Assembly (NCBI GenBank): GCA_963799845.1
Contig: CAWCYI010000008.1
Location: 1-64,000 of the forward strand
Reading direction: 5' to 3'
DNA: 64,000 bases
Origin: an uncultured Nitrososphaerota archaeon
GTDB taxonomy: Archaea > Thermoproteota > Nitrososphaeria > Nitrososphaerales > CADDZS01
The stretch's first letter is position 1, and every line of letters starts with the position of its first letter. Below are positions 1-9,094 of this stretch, piece after piece. Under the pieces are notes generated by a model, which was given only the letters and a program-made list of their open reading frames with translations, did no database searches and was not told the DNA's origin. The position numbers and the translations under genes were made by a program.

Positions 1-1178
1 CTAGTGCCGTGGCCAGATAACTTGTTCTGGATTTTTGAGCGAAGATTTAAGGCCAGGTCATGTTTGTCTTCGAACATGGTAGTCCATGTTCGCCCGATAA
101 CAAATGAGGAAGGCAACAAGCTCAGGACAATCGTACGCCACGGCAAGGATCCAATAGAGATGAGGAGAGCACAGGTCGTACTTTCCAGCGCTCAGGGTTT
201 CACTCCTCCAAAGATAGGAAAGATTGTGATGATGAGTCAGGATTATGTCAGGTCATTCATCAAATCTTTCAATCAGGAAGGACTCGAGATGCTGAAACCT
301 GACTGGAAGCCGGGCGGAAACAGGAAATTCACTGCAGAAGAGAAGGCAAAGCTCGTTTCCCTTGCAACGAGCAGACCAAGAATCTCGGTCTTCCATTCCA
401 GCAGTGGAGCCTGCGCCGATTGAAGAGTGAGGCTGAGAAGAGGAGGATAGTGGATTCGATCAGCAAGGAATGGCTCCGTGTAATACTGGATGAGTCAGAC
501 ATAAGCTTCCAGAGCGTGAGGACGTGGAAGGAATCAGAGGATCCTGAATTTGAAAAGAAGAAGCTAGAATAGAGCGATTGACAAGGAAGAAGCACAATCC
601 TCCCATTGTACTTAGCCTGGATGAGATGGGACCATTCAGTCTTATTCCTCACGGAGGAAGAGGATGGTTTGAGCAATCCGCCCCACAAAGGATTCCTGCA
701 AACTACCACAAGTACGGAGGTGCGCGATACGAGTACGTCTGCCTGAACGTCTACCACCAGCGCCTCAGCATAAAGCAGTATGCGCACAAGGGAGGAAAAC
801 CGTGGCTTGAGTTCTTGAAAGGCGAGAGATCAAAATATCCTCTTGATGAAAGAGTGTACATGATTCAGGACGGTCTTAGTGCTCACTGGACTCCTGACAT
901 TCAAAGATGGGCTCATCAAGAATACAGGGTCACTCTGTTCCAACAGCTACGAATGCGAGCTGGATGAATCCTGTCGAATGTCACACGGGCGACATCCAGA
1001 AGCTTGCCTTGATGGAACCAATTACAAGAGCTGGGATGAGGTTGGAAGAGCATTCCAAAAAGCAGTGAGCTATCGTAACATCGAAAGGAGGGCAAGAGGC
1101 AAAAGGTTCAGAGATACGCAAGCAAGAAGAAAGGATGGGAGGAGGAAACTCAGACGACCTTTATGGACACGGCACTAG
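1..1178 (+). mobile_element. IS630-family insertion sequence, copy 1 (frameshifted transposase)
   Basis: Terminal inverted repeats CTAGTGCCGTGGCCAGATA (1-19) and TTATGGACACGGCACTAG (1161-1178); CTAG at both ends; homologous throughout to the intact copy at 37802-38975. Confidence 0.92.
59..1178 (+). pseudogene. IS630 transposase broken into several frames
   Basis: ORFs 4-423, 578-967 and 879-1178 match successive parts of the 371-aa copy-2 transposase (HTH; SLDEMGP, IQDG, SWMNPVE DDE motifs). Confidence 0.88.
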
Positions 1179-1492
1179 CTATAAACCAATACAAGTCTAC
1201 CGAAGAGAATATGGTATTAGATGGCGGTTCAATAGCTCTGAGGAAGACAGGCGTACCATTAACTGTTCGCAGTTAGGAAATCTTCCAGGGAAGTAGAAGG
1301 GTTTTCAGGTAATTGACGCTCTTCAACTACAACGATACCAATTTTAAAAAGGTTTACATGGACCATATAGATTGGGCTGTAGCCCAAGAAGAGAACTCGG
1401 GTACCGCTGTCAAAGCTGCCGCTAACAAGGCCCAGCCAAAGATAAAGATCAGCCAAATTTGGCCAACGCTTTTTGATCTTCTTTAGAGCATT

Positions 1493-2041
1493 CTAGCTGG
1501 ACCAGGCAATTGAAAAGGTCGAAAAGCTCGAAGCGCTTGTTGCTGTGAGACAATAGATATATTGAGTCAGAGGGGTCAATGTTGCCGGTCCTCCGCTTGT
1601 TAACTCGAGCAGCCGGCTAGGTGAAGAAGAGGAACACTCCATCGAAGGTTGTACTCTTGCAATTCCGAGACTCCAGCCAAAGGGCAAGCTAAAGGTCGGA
1701 ACAAACGTGAGTGAGCTATGTCGCGAGCCAACCGTCAAAAGGGCCGGAAGATTGCCGCCTCGTCCGCACCCGAAGACCAGGACAGCCGGTCTGCCTGAAA
1801 AAGAAGGAATCTTACTTTGATGGACGTTCAATGTCATACGACTACATCCGCTCAACAATTGCGGAGGTGAAGAAGCACTCGGCATAGAGTTGTAGACTAT
1901 CTGATCAGAAGCTGCAAAGCTGGATAGAAGCATGGGAGAATTTGAAAAAACAAAAACTTCAAGAGATAATCCCAAAATCATCGTAAATACGAAAACCACC
2001 AACAGGCTTCTTTTTACAAGCATCTTGCTTTTCACCGCCAA
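1493..2041 (-). CDS. Secreted beta-rich protein, paralog of 2198-2699
   Basis: N-terminal hydrophobic signal; shares F.C, PTF.LP.GW, T.G.P.TL, Y.YCLT.TSASSFS.F...WS motifs with its neighbour. Confidence 0.65.
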   Translation of the reverse strand: MAVKSKMLVKRSLLVVFVFTMILGLSLEVFVFSNSPMLLSSFAASDQIVYNSMPSASSPPQLLSGCSRMTLNVHQSKIPSFSGRPAVLVFGCGRGGNLPALLTVGSRHSSLTFVPTFSLPFGWSLGIARVQPSMECSSSSPSRLLELTSGGPATLTPLTQYIYCLTATSASSFSTFSIAWSS

Positions 2042-2197
2042 TCGGTACTTCGTGGGGATTCTTGCGTATGGAATTCAAAGTCAGATTCTGTGATATATAG
2101 CTGCATGTGACAAATCGCTGATGTCACTAAATTATCCCTGAAGCCCAAAGAAAAGCTGGAGCTTCATCGTCGTAATTCTCAACGACTCGAAGGGGAT

Positions 2198-2699
2198 TTA
2201 CTGCGACCAAGTTACGGTGAACGAGCTGAAACTGGAGGCGCTTGTTGAAGTTAGACAGTACGCGTAGGAGGTGCCGCCTGTCAGAGTCACTGGAGACCCG
2301 CTAGTGGGCTCATACTCCACGTTTGAGCAAGCAATTGTGGTGGGAGAATTCTGTGGACCGACAAAGAAATTCCACCCACTTGGAAGAGTAAATGTCGGAG
2401 TGACTGTCACAGTAGTACTTGTCGTCCCAGGTACTAGTGAATGCCGCGTCACCTGTGCTGTCGCACGCAAACTCAAGAGCTGCATACTGACCTGCTGAGT
2501 TTGGAACGGTACTATCTGCCGGCACTAGGACCAGGTCCCCGCCGCTGCATTTCGATCCTACGTTTAGGGAAGCAGTGGCAAACGTTTCAGCTGGGAACGT
2601 TTGCGTGAAAAGGGTGGTTGCAGCGTACGTTACAAGACTCCCCGAGAGCATCATTACAAGGGCAAGAATCAAAACCGTTCTCGTTAGAATTATCTTCAT
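2198..2699 (-). CDS. Secreted beta-rich protein (one frameshift near 2430), possible TasA/camelysin-like fibre subunit
   Basis: ORF 2310-2699 supplies the signal peptide and N-half; ORF 2198-2485 supplies the C-half homologous to 1493-2041. Confidence 0.6.
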
Positions 2700-2711
2700 T
2701 TTATCGACCTT

Positions 2712-2894
2712 TCACCTCTCCATCTGGCTGCGTTGCTGTTTTTTGATAACGTAGACCAAACCGCCACTGCCGATAACAAGGCCGCCGACTCCGATCACAA
2801 GGATCACAAGGCTGTCAAAATTTATCATTATGAAATCTACCCCCTGGCACGTTTCGTTCCCCCATGACGTAGTTCTATTTATACCTGTGTACAA
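2712..2894 (-). CDS. Small membrane protein
   Basis: Single TM helix followed by a basic tail; directly upstream of the secreted pair. Confidence 0.35.
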   Translation of the reverse strand: MYTGINRTTSWGNETCQGVDFIMINFDSLVILVIGVGGLVIGSGGLVYVIKKQQRSQMER

Positions 2895-3091
2895 TCCGTT
2901 GGAACAAAAGTGTCATGGTTAAAGCTCGGAATATATCGGAAACAGGAACAAGAAGTAGTACTGTAGCGGTAGCGGCGTCATTATTCCGGATGAGAAAGGA
3001 CTCTGCAAATAAGAAGTACAAGACGAAAAATGTTCGCTGTGCCAAGAAGAATAAAACAAGAAAACTCAATGAATAAAGTAGGATCCCACTT

Positions 3092-4435
3092 TCAATTCAA
3101 GACCTTGAGCAGCCTCCACTGCTCTGGTATCCCCTTCAAAGTGTGCAAGCCAAGATCGCTAAATTTTATCCCGGAGCCGGAAACGAGATCTTTGACCGTA
3201 TTCGACACCAAAACTTCGTCTTGCTTTGCAAACGATTCAACCCTCGAAGCTATGTGGACGGCCATTCCACCAATGTCATTCTCGCCGATCAATTCGCACT
3301 CACCCGTATGTATCCCTGCTCTTATCGAAATTCCCAATTGACTACGAATCCTGTCCCGGACTGAACAGGCGCACTTGATGGCGCGAGCGGGGCCGTCGAA
3401 CGTCAGAAGAAATCCATCGCCGGTTGATTTTATTTCCCTCCCGTTGAAACGTTCGAGCTCCTTTCGTATTATCTCGTTGTGCTTAGTGATCAAACTCTTC
3501 CAGCCTTTGTCGCCAAGCTGGTTTGCCTTTTCAGTTGAACCCACAATATCAGTTAGAAGAATTGTAGCAAGTACTCTTTCGTTCAGATCTGACGAGTTCT
3601 CCGATCTCATACCTGTAAGAAATTCTTCGATTTGGTCGACGATTGCATTTGAGTCTCCCACCCAAGGGATATGATCTTCGCCCTCTAGTTCGACGAATTT
3701 GGCTCCCGGAATGTTTTGTGAAAGATACTTGCCGTTTTCGACACTGGAGTCCCTGTCTCCTCTCCGATGCATAACAAGGGTCGGCACATGGATGGAAGGT
3801 AGGACGTTTCGTATGTCGATGTAAGTGTTCATCCTTGCGAGTGCTACCGCTGCCGAAGGGCTGGCGCTCAACCTTCCGTAGGTTGTGAACCACTTCACGA
3901 AATGTTCTTCATGTGCGACGGATGGAGCCAAATCGGAAATCTCCACCGGCCCGCCCCACCCGCTCTCTAGACTCTCGATCCACTTTTCCCTTTCTTCCAG
4001 AGTTGGAGCCCACGGGTAATCTTCGCTCCAAAGCCTTTTTGCGAACGCGCCATAAAGTATCAACGCTGTCGTCCTCTGAGGATAGGTTGCGGCAAACAAT
4101 GCGCACATCGAACCACCCTCGCTGATCCCGAACACAGCTGCTTTCTCGAATCCCACAGCTTGCATTACTGCCCTAATGTCGTCCATCCTCTGTTCAAGTG
4201 TTGGAAGATCCTTCACTTTGTCAGAGAGGCCTGTTCCCCTCTTGTCAAACCAGGCCACACGCGCAAAGGATCCTAATCGCTCGAGGAAGTGTGCGTAAGA
4301 GGGTTCCTCCCAAGCATATTCAATATGTGACGTCCAGCCGGGGGCCACAACCACAGGAATCGAACCACTTCCGAAGATTTGGTAGGCGATGTGGACATCG
4401 TCTATCTTAGCGTACTTTGTCTCGGGGACGATCAT
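3092..4435 (-). CDS. Alpha/beta-hydrolase plus class III adenylate/guanylate cyclase (LipJ-like)
   Basis: GISEGG nucleophile elbow; cyclase motifs TDIVGST, KSTGDGF, RAGIHTGE, AVHIASRV. Confidence 0.92.
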   Translation of the reverse strand: MIVPETKYAKIDDVHIAYQIFGSGSIPVVVAPGWTSHIEYAWEEPSYAHFLERLGSFARVAWFDKRGTGLSDKVKDLPTLEQRMDDIRAVMQAVGFEKAAVFGISEGGSMCALFAATYPQRTTALILYGAFAKRLWSEDYPWAPTLEEREKWIESLESGWGGPVEISDLAPSVAHEEHFVKWFTTYGRLSASPSAAVALARMNTYIDIRNVLPSIHVPTLVMHRRGDRDSSVENGKYLSQNIPGAKFVELEGEDHIPWVGDSNAIVDQIEEFLTGMRSENSSDLNERVLATILLTDIVGSTEKANQLGDKGWKSLITKHNEIIRKELERFNGREIKSTGDGFLLTFDGPARAIKCACSVRDRIRSQLGISIRAGIHTGECELIGENDIGGMAVHIASRVESFAKQDEVLVSNTVKDLVSGSGIKFSDLGLHTLKGIPEQWRLLKVLN

Positions 4436-4604
4436 TCGTTAGGGATTCTACAAATGTTCTCTGCCTATTATATCATTTTGAAAAAGGAGGCGTTGCAGGT
4501 GATAGAAATCAAAGCGGTTGGATGGTCCATCCACATCTTGTTTTTCTTTGCAAGTATTGCTTTTAGTAGAGAGATTTCTTACCAGTAAATTCCATGGGCG
4601 AAAT

Positions 4605-4619
4605 GTGGGATTTGAACCC
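4605..4619 (-). repeat. Degenerate tRNA T-arm fragment (possible att remnant)
   Basis: Minus strand reads GGGTTCAAATCCCAC, identical to 15 nt of the tRNA-Leu(CAG) T-arm and 13/14 to the tRNA-Leu(CAA) T-arm, same orientation as the latter. Confidence 0.35.
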
Positions 4620-4680
4620 CAATTTACTAGTAAGCCCAATCCCAAACCCGTAACGAGAATTTGGATTAGGAAATGGAAAC

Positions 4681-4930
4681 CTAGAGGTACGACAGGAGAA
4701 CCGGAAACAATCCTACTAGAACTCCTAAGGCAATGAACCCAATTGCAACGATCCTCGTAAACCAGACGGATCCGCGCACCACCACTTTTTCTAGAGCAAT
4801 CATTCCGGTTAGAGCCGCCATTATCGGAATACCCATAGCCCCTACGGCAAGCATGACTAGCATATAGGCCCAGCAACAGCCCACGCAAAAGATCCCGTGG
4901 CTGAACCCCATTTGGAAGGCCCCGGATAAT
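4681..4930 (-). pseudogene. C-terminal fragment of DUF2182 metal-binding membrane protein
   Basis: Signature GAFQMG..HG.FCVGCCWAYM.VM.AVG.M...MAAL...IALEK; N-terminal part absent. Confidence 0.75.
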
Positions 4931-5181
4931 CCGCGCGCGCGCGCTAAAAGTATGGTTATCCCGCTTTCTATAATTCCTATGCCGAATGCCTCAACAGCAT
5001 AGTCTCTTACTTGTGGGCTAAACAAAGAAATCCGAAAAAAATGGAGACCGCCAACGGGCGCTTGAATGCACGATTCGCCAAGAACAATGAAGAGAGGTGA
5101 GAATCTTCAGACGAGAAAAAGAGGAACCCACTGCCGTTTGGTGAGATCGGTTACTTTGTCTCGCTGCAGGAATTATCTCAA

Positions 5182-5460
5182 GTGTCTGGGATTCCACCAG
5201 AGAAGATCGCGGAGTTCGCGAATAACAAATTCGATGTTCTCGGTGATTACATTTTCAGTGAAGACACATTGAAGTGGATAAAGAGTAAGATAAACAGGAT
5301 GCGGAGGCCCAGGACTCTAAAGGGGATATCGCAAAATCTTGGATATGACGAAAGGACCACGCTTGCATTTCTCCAAAAGCTCCAAGGAATAATTCGTGGC
5401 GAAGCTCCTAATCTCGTGCTCGATAAATTTCCTAAAATCAAAAGAAAAAAATCGAAGTAG
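5182..5460 (+). CDS. Hypothetical basic protein or fragment, possible HTH
   Basis: 92-aa ORF with LKGISQNLGYDERT HTH-like segment inside the integrase-adjacent region. Confidence 0.35.
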   Translation: MSGIPPEKIAEFANNKFDVLGDYIFSEDTLKWIKSKINRMRRPRTLKGISQNLGYDERTTLAFLQKLQGIIRGEAPNLVLDKFPKIKRKKSK

Positions 5461-6060
5461 ACGTTACGATCAGGAACCCTCTACAAAAATTGTTCCTGAT
5501 CTAAACCGGCTTAACTTTTCTTATCTTCCCAGCCTCCAAAATAGGAGGTTGCCAGGTGTCGGATTCTTGCATAACTGTGCTGGGATCTTCCTGTGTGTTG
5601 TATTTTCAAAAAGCAGATTCCTAATCAGAAAGCGATGAATGGAACAACCAATTTTAGTGCTAATTTTCCTCAACCCTATTCAGTCCAAAATTGGAGCAAA
5701 CTGACCTTGACAAGTTTTTACCGAGTTTAAGAAAAGTAATGAATGGAACAGTTAGTCTTAGAAGTACCTCTTACTATAATGCCATTGTCGGCATTGGTGC
5801 ATTTTGCATTACCTAATGTGATCGTTCCATTTCATCACTTTCTAAGTATGGTGTAAATGACAACAAAAGTCAATTGGTGTAATTCCAGATAAATCTAGTT
5901 TGGTAAGATCTGTGACAAACTTCGATTGTACTCTTTCGTGAGAGTGAGATGATTATGGGAGGTTTTCTCATAGATAGGACATTTTAGAAAAAACCCCTGA
6001 AATGTCCTAGAAGAGGGCGGGATATCGATCAAGCCGTTCTGGCAGTCGCCAGTAAATTGG

Positions 6061-6155
6061 ACTACTATCACATTGTAATTATCGAAACCACCAATCTCCG
6101 CACCATTTTCTGAAAATGAAAGAAGATTTTTGACCCGAAAATAATCTAATCGCAT
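6061..6155 (-). pseudogene. N-terminal remnant of ABC/AAA (OLD/SMC-like) ATPase
   Basis: MRLDYFRVKNLLSF...F..YNVIV is the typical start of these ATPases; the sequence diverges just before the Walker A motif. Confidence 0.5.
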
Positions 6156-6582
6156 ATAGAACATTAGAATTCGATGATACTTATTACGATTTGCCAAACT
6201 GAGGTCATGGCTTTCAATGCGTTGAGTGAGAGACCTACAACAACTTCTCTCCAACCACATCTTTTTTAGGTCCTCTGTTAACCGTTCCGATCATGGCAGA
6301 TCCTACTACCGAACTTGCGAAAGAGTTCCTGGAGAGTAAAGACTACTTGGTCAGAACTCTAACAAAGTTCTACAAGAACTCCGCTCGGAGTGCATGTCGT
6401 TACTTATAATTTCACAAAATCTGCCTGACAGTGGCCCGATCATGGCATAGCGAATCCTTTCGGGATCGCTCCTATCTCGGTTCAAAAATAGGAGCATTTT
6501 GTATTGCGTCATTTATGCAAAATAATCTCCTTCGAAGGCAGCTTTACGTAAATGTATATTCTATCAACAAGTGCTACTCTGA

Positions 6583-7767
6583 CTAATTTCCCTTCTCTCG
6601 TTCTTGTTCCGACTCTTTGAGCTTCGCAAGGACCTGCTGCATTAGCTCCTCATTCCGATTGAGTTTCTCCTTTAGACTCCCAACCTCTTTTCGAAGGTCT
6701 TCGACTTCCCCGGAATCTGGTACCAGAGAATCGAAGATGACGAGCTCTGGGTCGGCTTTCAGGTGAAGGGCAGTCAATTCTTCCTCTGTAAAGCCCTCGT
6801 AGCCAAGATCAGTTGGGAGGATGTCACCTCGGAAAATTTTGATTTGCCAGGGCTCGAGCCCAGCTTTCAGCGCCCCAGTCTCGAAGTATTTCCTACCAAA
6901 GTGGGTTGCTTTGATGTCGTACTTCTTCGTGCCGGGTTTCTTTTTTCGTAAATTGGGAAAGGCCCCCCACGCATCCTCCAAGAGTCGTTTCACTCCAGTA
7001 CTCTTCAGTCGTTTTGGAAATCGTGCAATGCCCTTTCCAGTACGGTCACCAGTCCAGAGATCGCGAGCGAGCGGACAGTCCGGCTTGACATCTTCCCCCG
7101 CCTGTCTGCGTTCATCAAAATTCTGCATCCAAAAATTATATGCCTCGAGAGAAATCCTAGTGGGATATTCTTCGGGTTCACCACGATAAACCGTCAGCTT
7201 TCCCTCGACTAGCTTCCCATTCAGATAAGCCGGTTCTAGATCACCAACAGAAAGGTAGTCCCACACACCCACGCGAAGGCCTCCGCTTGTCATCGTCGTA
7301 ACAATCGGCTTCATTCTCCTATCGGGATACGAGCAAAGTGTTCGCAGAGTTTCTTTTGGGGCAGCCACTCCTTTGAATGCCTTGCGACGTCTGGCGGGGA
7401 GGATCTTATCCAACCTCTTCCAATTAAGGGAGAGGTCATTCATGTCGCACAGGATTTTGATCGGGTCCCGGAAGTTGTGAACACTATCCGATTCGATTTC
7501 CTTCCGTTGAACGCGGCCTTTGATCGTGATGAAGTACGCTGCATTCCTCGCCTCTCCCCATTTCAAATCATGCCGGGTTCTATCCACAAATTCCTGTGAG
7601 GACATTTTCAGGAAGGCTTTGACGAAATAATTTAGGAAGCGTTGGTTGTGGTCGAGAGTTTGAGGAGACCGATGGCCCGCTTTGAACATCGTTACAGCCT
7701 CCTCTTCCTGGGGAATATTTAGAGTCGGTTCCGCTATGGCGCCAGCCTGCATCAGGCTAGAAGTCAT
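6583..7767 (-). CDS. Tyrosine recombinase/integrase
   Basis: SGGLRVG (Arg), HFGRKYF (HxxR), C-terminal LGY (Tyr); starts 33 bp downstream of a tRNA 3' end. Confidence 0.88.
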   Translation of the reverse strand: MTSSLMQAGAIAEPTLNIPQEEEAVTMFKAGHRSPQTLDHNQRFLNYFVKAFLKMSSQEFVDRTRHDLKWGEARNAAYFITIKGRVQRKEIESDSVHNFRDPIKILCDMNDLSLNWKRLDKILPARRRKAFKGVAAPKETLRTLCSYPDRRMKPIVTTMTSGGLRVGVWDYLSVGDLEPAYLNGKLVEGKLTVYRGEPEEYPTRISLEAYNFWMQNFDERRQAGEDVKPDCPLARDLWTGDRTGKGIARFPKRLKSTGVKRLLEDAWGAFPNLRKKKPGTKKYDIKATHFGRKYFETGALKAGLEPWQIKIFRGDILPTDLGYEGFTEEELTALHLKADPELVIFDSLVPDSGEVEDLRKEVGSLKEKLNRNEELMQQVLAKLKESEQEREKGN

Positions 7768-7799
7768 TTTGGAGGTGTAAATAAGAACCTAGGTAGGTG

Positions 7800-7956
7800 T
7801 GGAGGGGATGGGATTCGAACCCATGAACCCCTGAAGGAGCGGATTTCGCATAAGTCCTGTGTTCAGATCTTGAGTCTCGGCAAACTCCTTTCTCGGAGAT
7901 TCCGCCGCGTTTGACCAGGCCTTGCGCGAACCTGAGGTTAGTTTCGCTACCCCTCC
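7800..7956 (-). tRNA. tRNA-Leu(CAA) with three introns (14/15: 7942-7921; 30/31: 7901-7876; 37/38: 7868-7845)
   Basis: Removing 22+26+24 nt gives an 85-nt cloverleaf: GGAGGGG/CCCCTCC acceptor, GCG/CGC D-stem, GCGGA-CTCAAGA-TCCGC anticodon arm, long variable arm, ATGGG-TTCGAAT-CCCAT T-arm, discriminator A. Confidence 0.88.
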
Positions 7957-8033
7957 ACGATCTCTAACAATCCAAATCTGAGGGAATAAATAACTTGAGC
8001 CAGCCGCTCAATCCTAGAATATTTTCAACTATC

Positions 8034-8735
8034 CTACTTGAATTCGATCTCGGTCCCAACAACTTTTCGGTCAAGAAGCGCTGCTTCGATGATCTTTGCG
8101 TCACATTTTACTATCCATGTGCGAATACGGGATCTTTCAATGAGTTTTAGAGCAACGGGATCCATAAGGTCATAAGCACCGGCCGCCATCGATTCGCTTC
8201 CAATGATCTTAGCAAGCTCCTTCGGGGTTACAGTATCGAGCCTCTTCGCGTCGCCAAACTTTCTGGGGTCTCTCGTGTAAACTCCATCCACATCGGTCGC
8301 GTTGACGAATTTTTTCGCCTTCAGTTTCTCCGCTACCAGCGCCCCGACGGCATTTGTGCTCTGACCCGGATGAAGTCCACCAAGCACGACGGCGCGATTT
8401 CCCTTAAATGCCTCGACAACCTCGCGAAGAGTGTGTGGCACGAAAGTCGCAGAGAGTTCGCTCATTGAACTCGCGAGCACGAAGGCGTTAACTCTTGAAA
8501 CCATGATCCCAATTTCGTCCAGCGTCGCTTGATCGGCTCCAGCCTTTGCAGCAATAGCGATATACTCCCTCGCTTTCGATCCTCCGCCAGCTACTATTGC
8601 AACTTGAAGTACTGGTTTCCTCCGAAGGGCGTCAGAAATCGCCCTAACTACTCTCTCAAATTCTTCGGAGAAAAAAAGGCTGCCCGAAAGTTTCAGCACG
8701 ATAATTTCATTCTTTGCAGGCATGTCTATTTTCAT
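8034..8735 (-). CDS. pyrH: UMP kinase (archaeal type)
   Basis: VLKLSGS, VAGGG..AREYI, GG.HPGQSTNAV, ATDVDGVYT.DP motifs. Confidence 0.93.
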   Translation of the reverse strand: MKIDMPAKNEIIVLKLSGSLFFSEEFERVVRAISDALRRKPVLQVAIVAGGGSKAREYIAIAAKAGADQATLDEIGIMVSRVNAFVLASSMSELSATFVPHTLREVVEAFKGNRAVVLGGLHPGQSTNAVGALVAEKLKAKKFVNATDVDGVYTRDPRKFGDAKRLDTVTPKELAKIIGSESMAAGAYDLMDPVALKLIERSRIRTWIVKCDAKIIEAALLDRKVVGTEIEFK

Positions 8736-8784
8736 TATCTAGATTTTTGATTTCTTCGACTACCTTCGAGACGAACGAGCTGAG

Positions 8785-8892
8785 CTATCGTCTCAAGATA
8801 AGGATGACGAGTATCAGGAGCAAAATCGCAATCACGAGAACTCCCTTTACGAGAAATCCGTTCTTCTCCCAGATCGCTATTTGAGCCGACAT
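8785..8892 (-). CDS. 35-aa single-TM peptide (not in ORF track)
   Basis: ATG...TAG ORF MSAQIAIWEKNGFLVKGVLVIAILLLILVILILRR directly upstream of pyrH. Confidence 0.4.
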   Translation of the reverse strand: MSAQIAIWEKNGFLVKGVLVIAILLLILVILILRR

Positions 8893-9094
8893 TTTTGCGA
8901 CCGGATTGATCGAGAGTAACATGTGCCCTATCTCCATCGCTTCCTCAAGATCGAAAGTACCCCTGTCGATGATTATCGAGCCCGACTGCGACTTTTCAAA
9001 TCTGTGACCGCCGATGTAGTAAGGACTCGCGTTATATCTGGACCTTATCCACGATTCAAATCTAGTGTCTTTGGATTCGGTCGAGCTACCTCAC

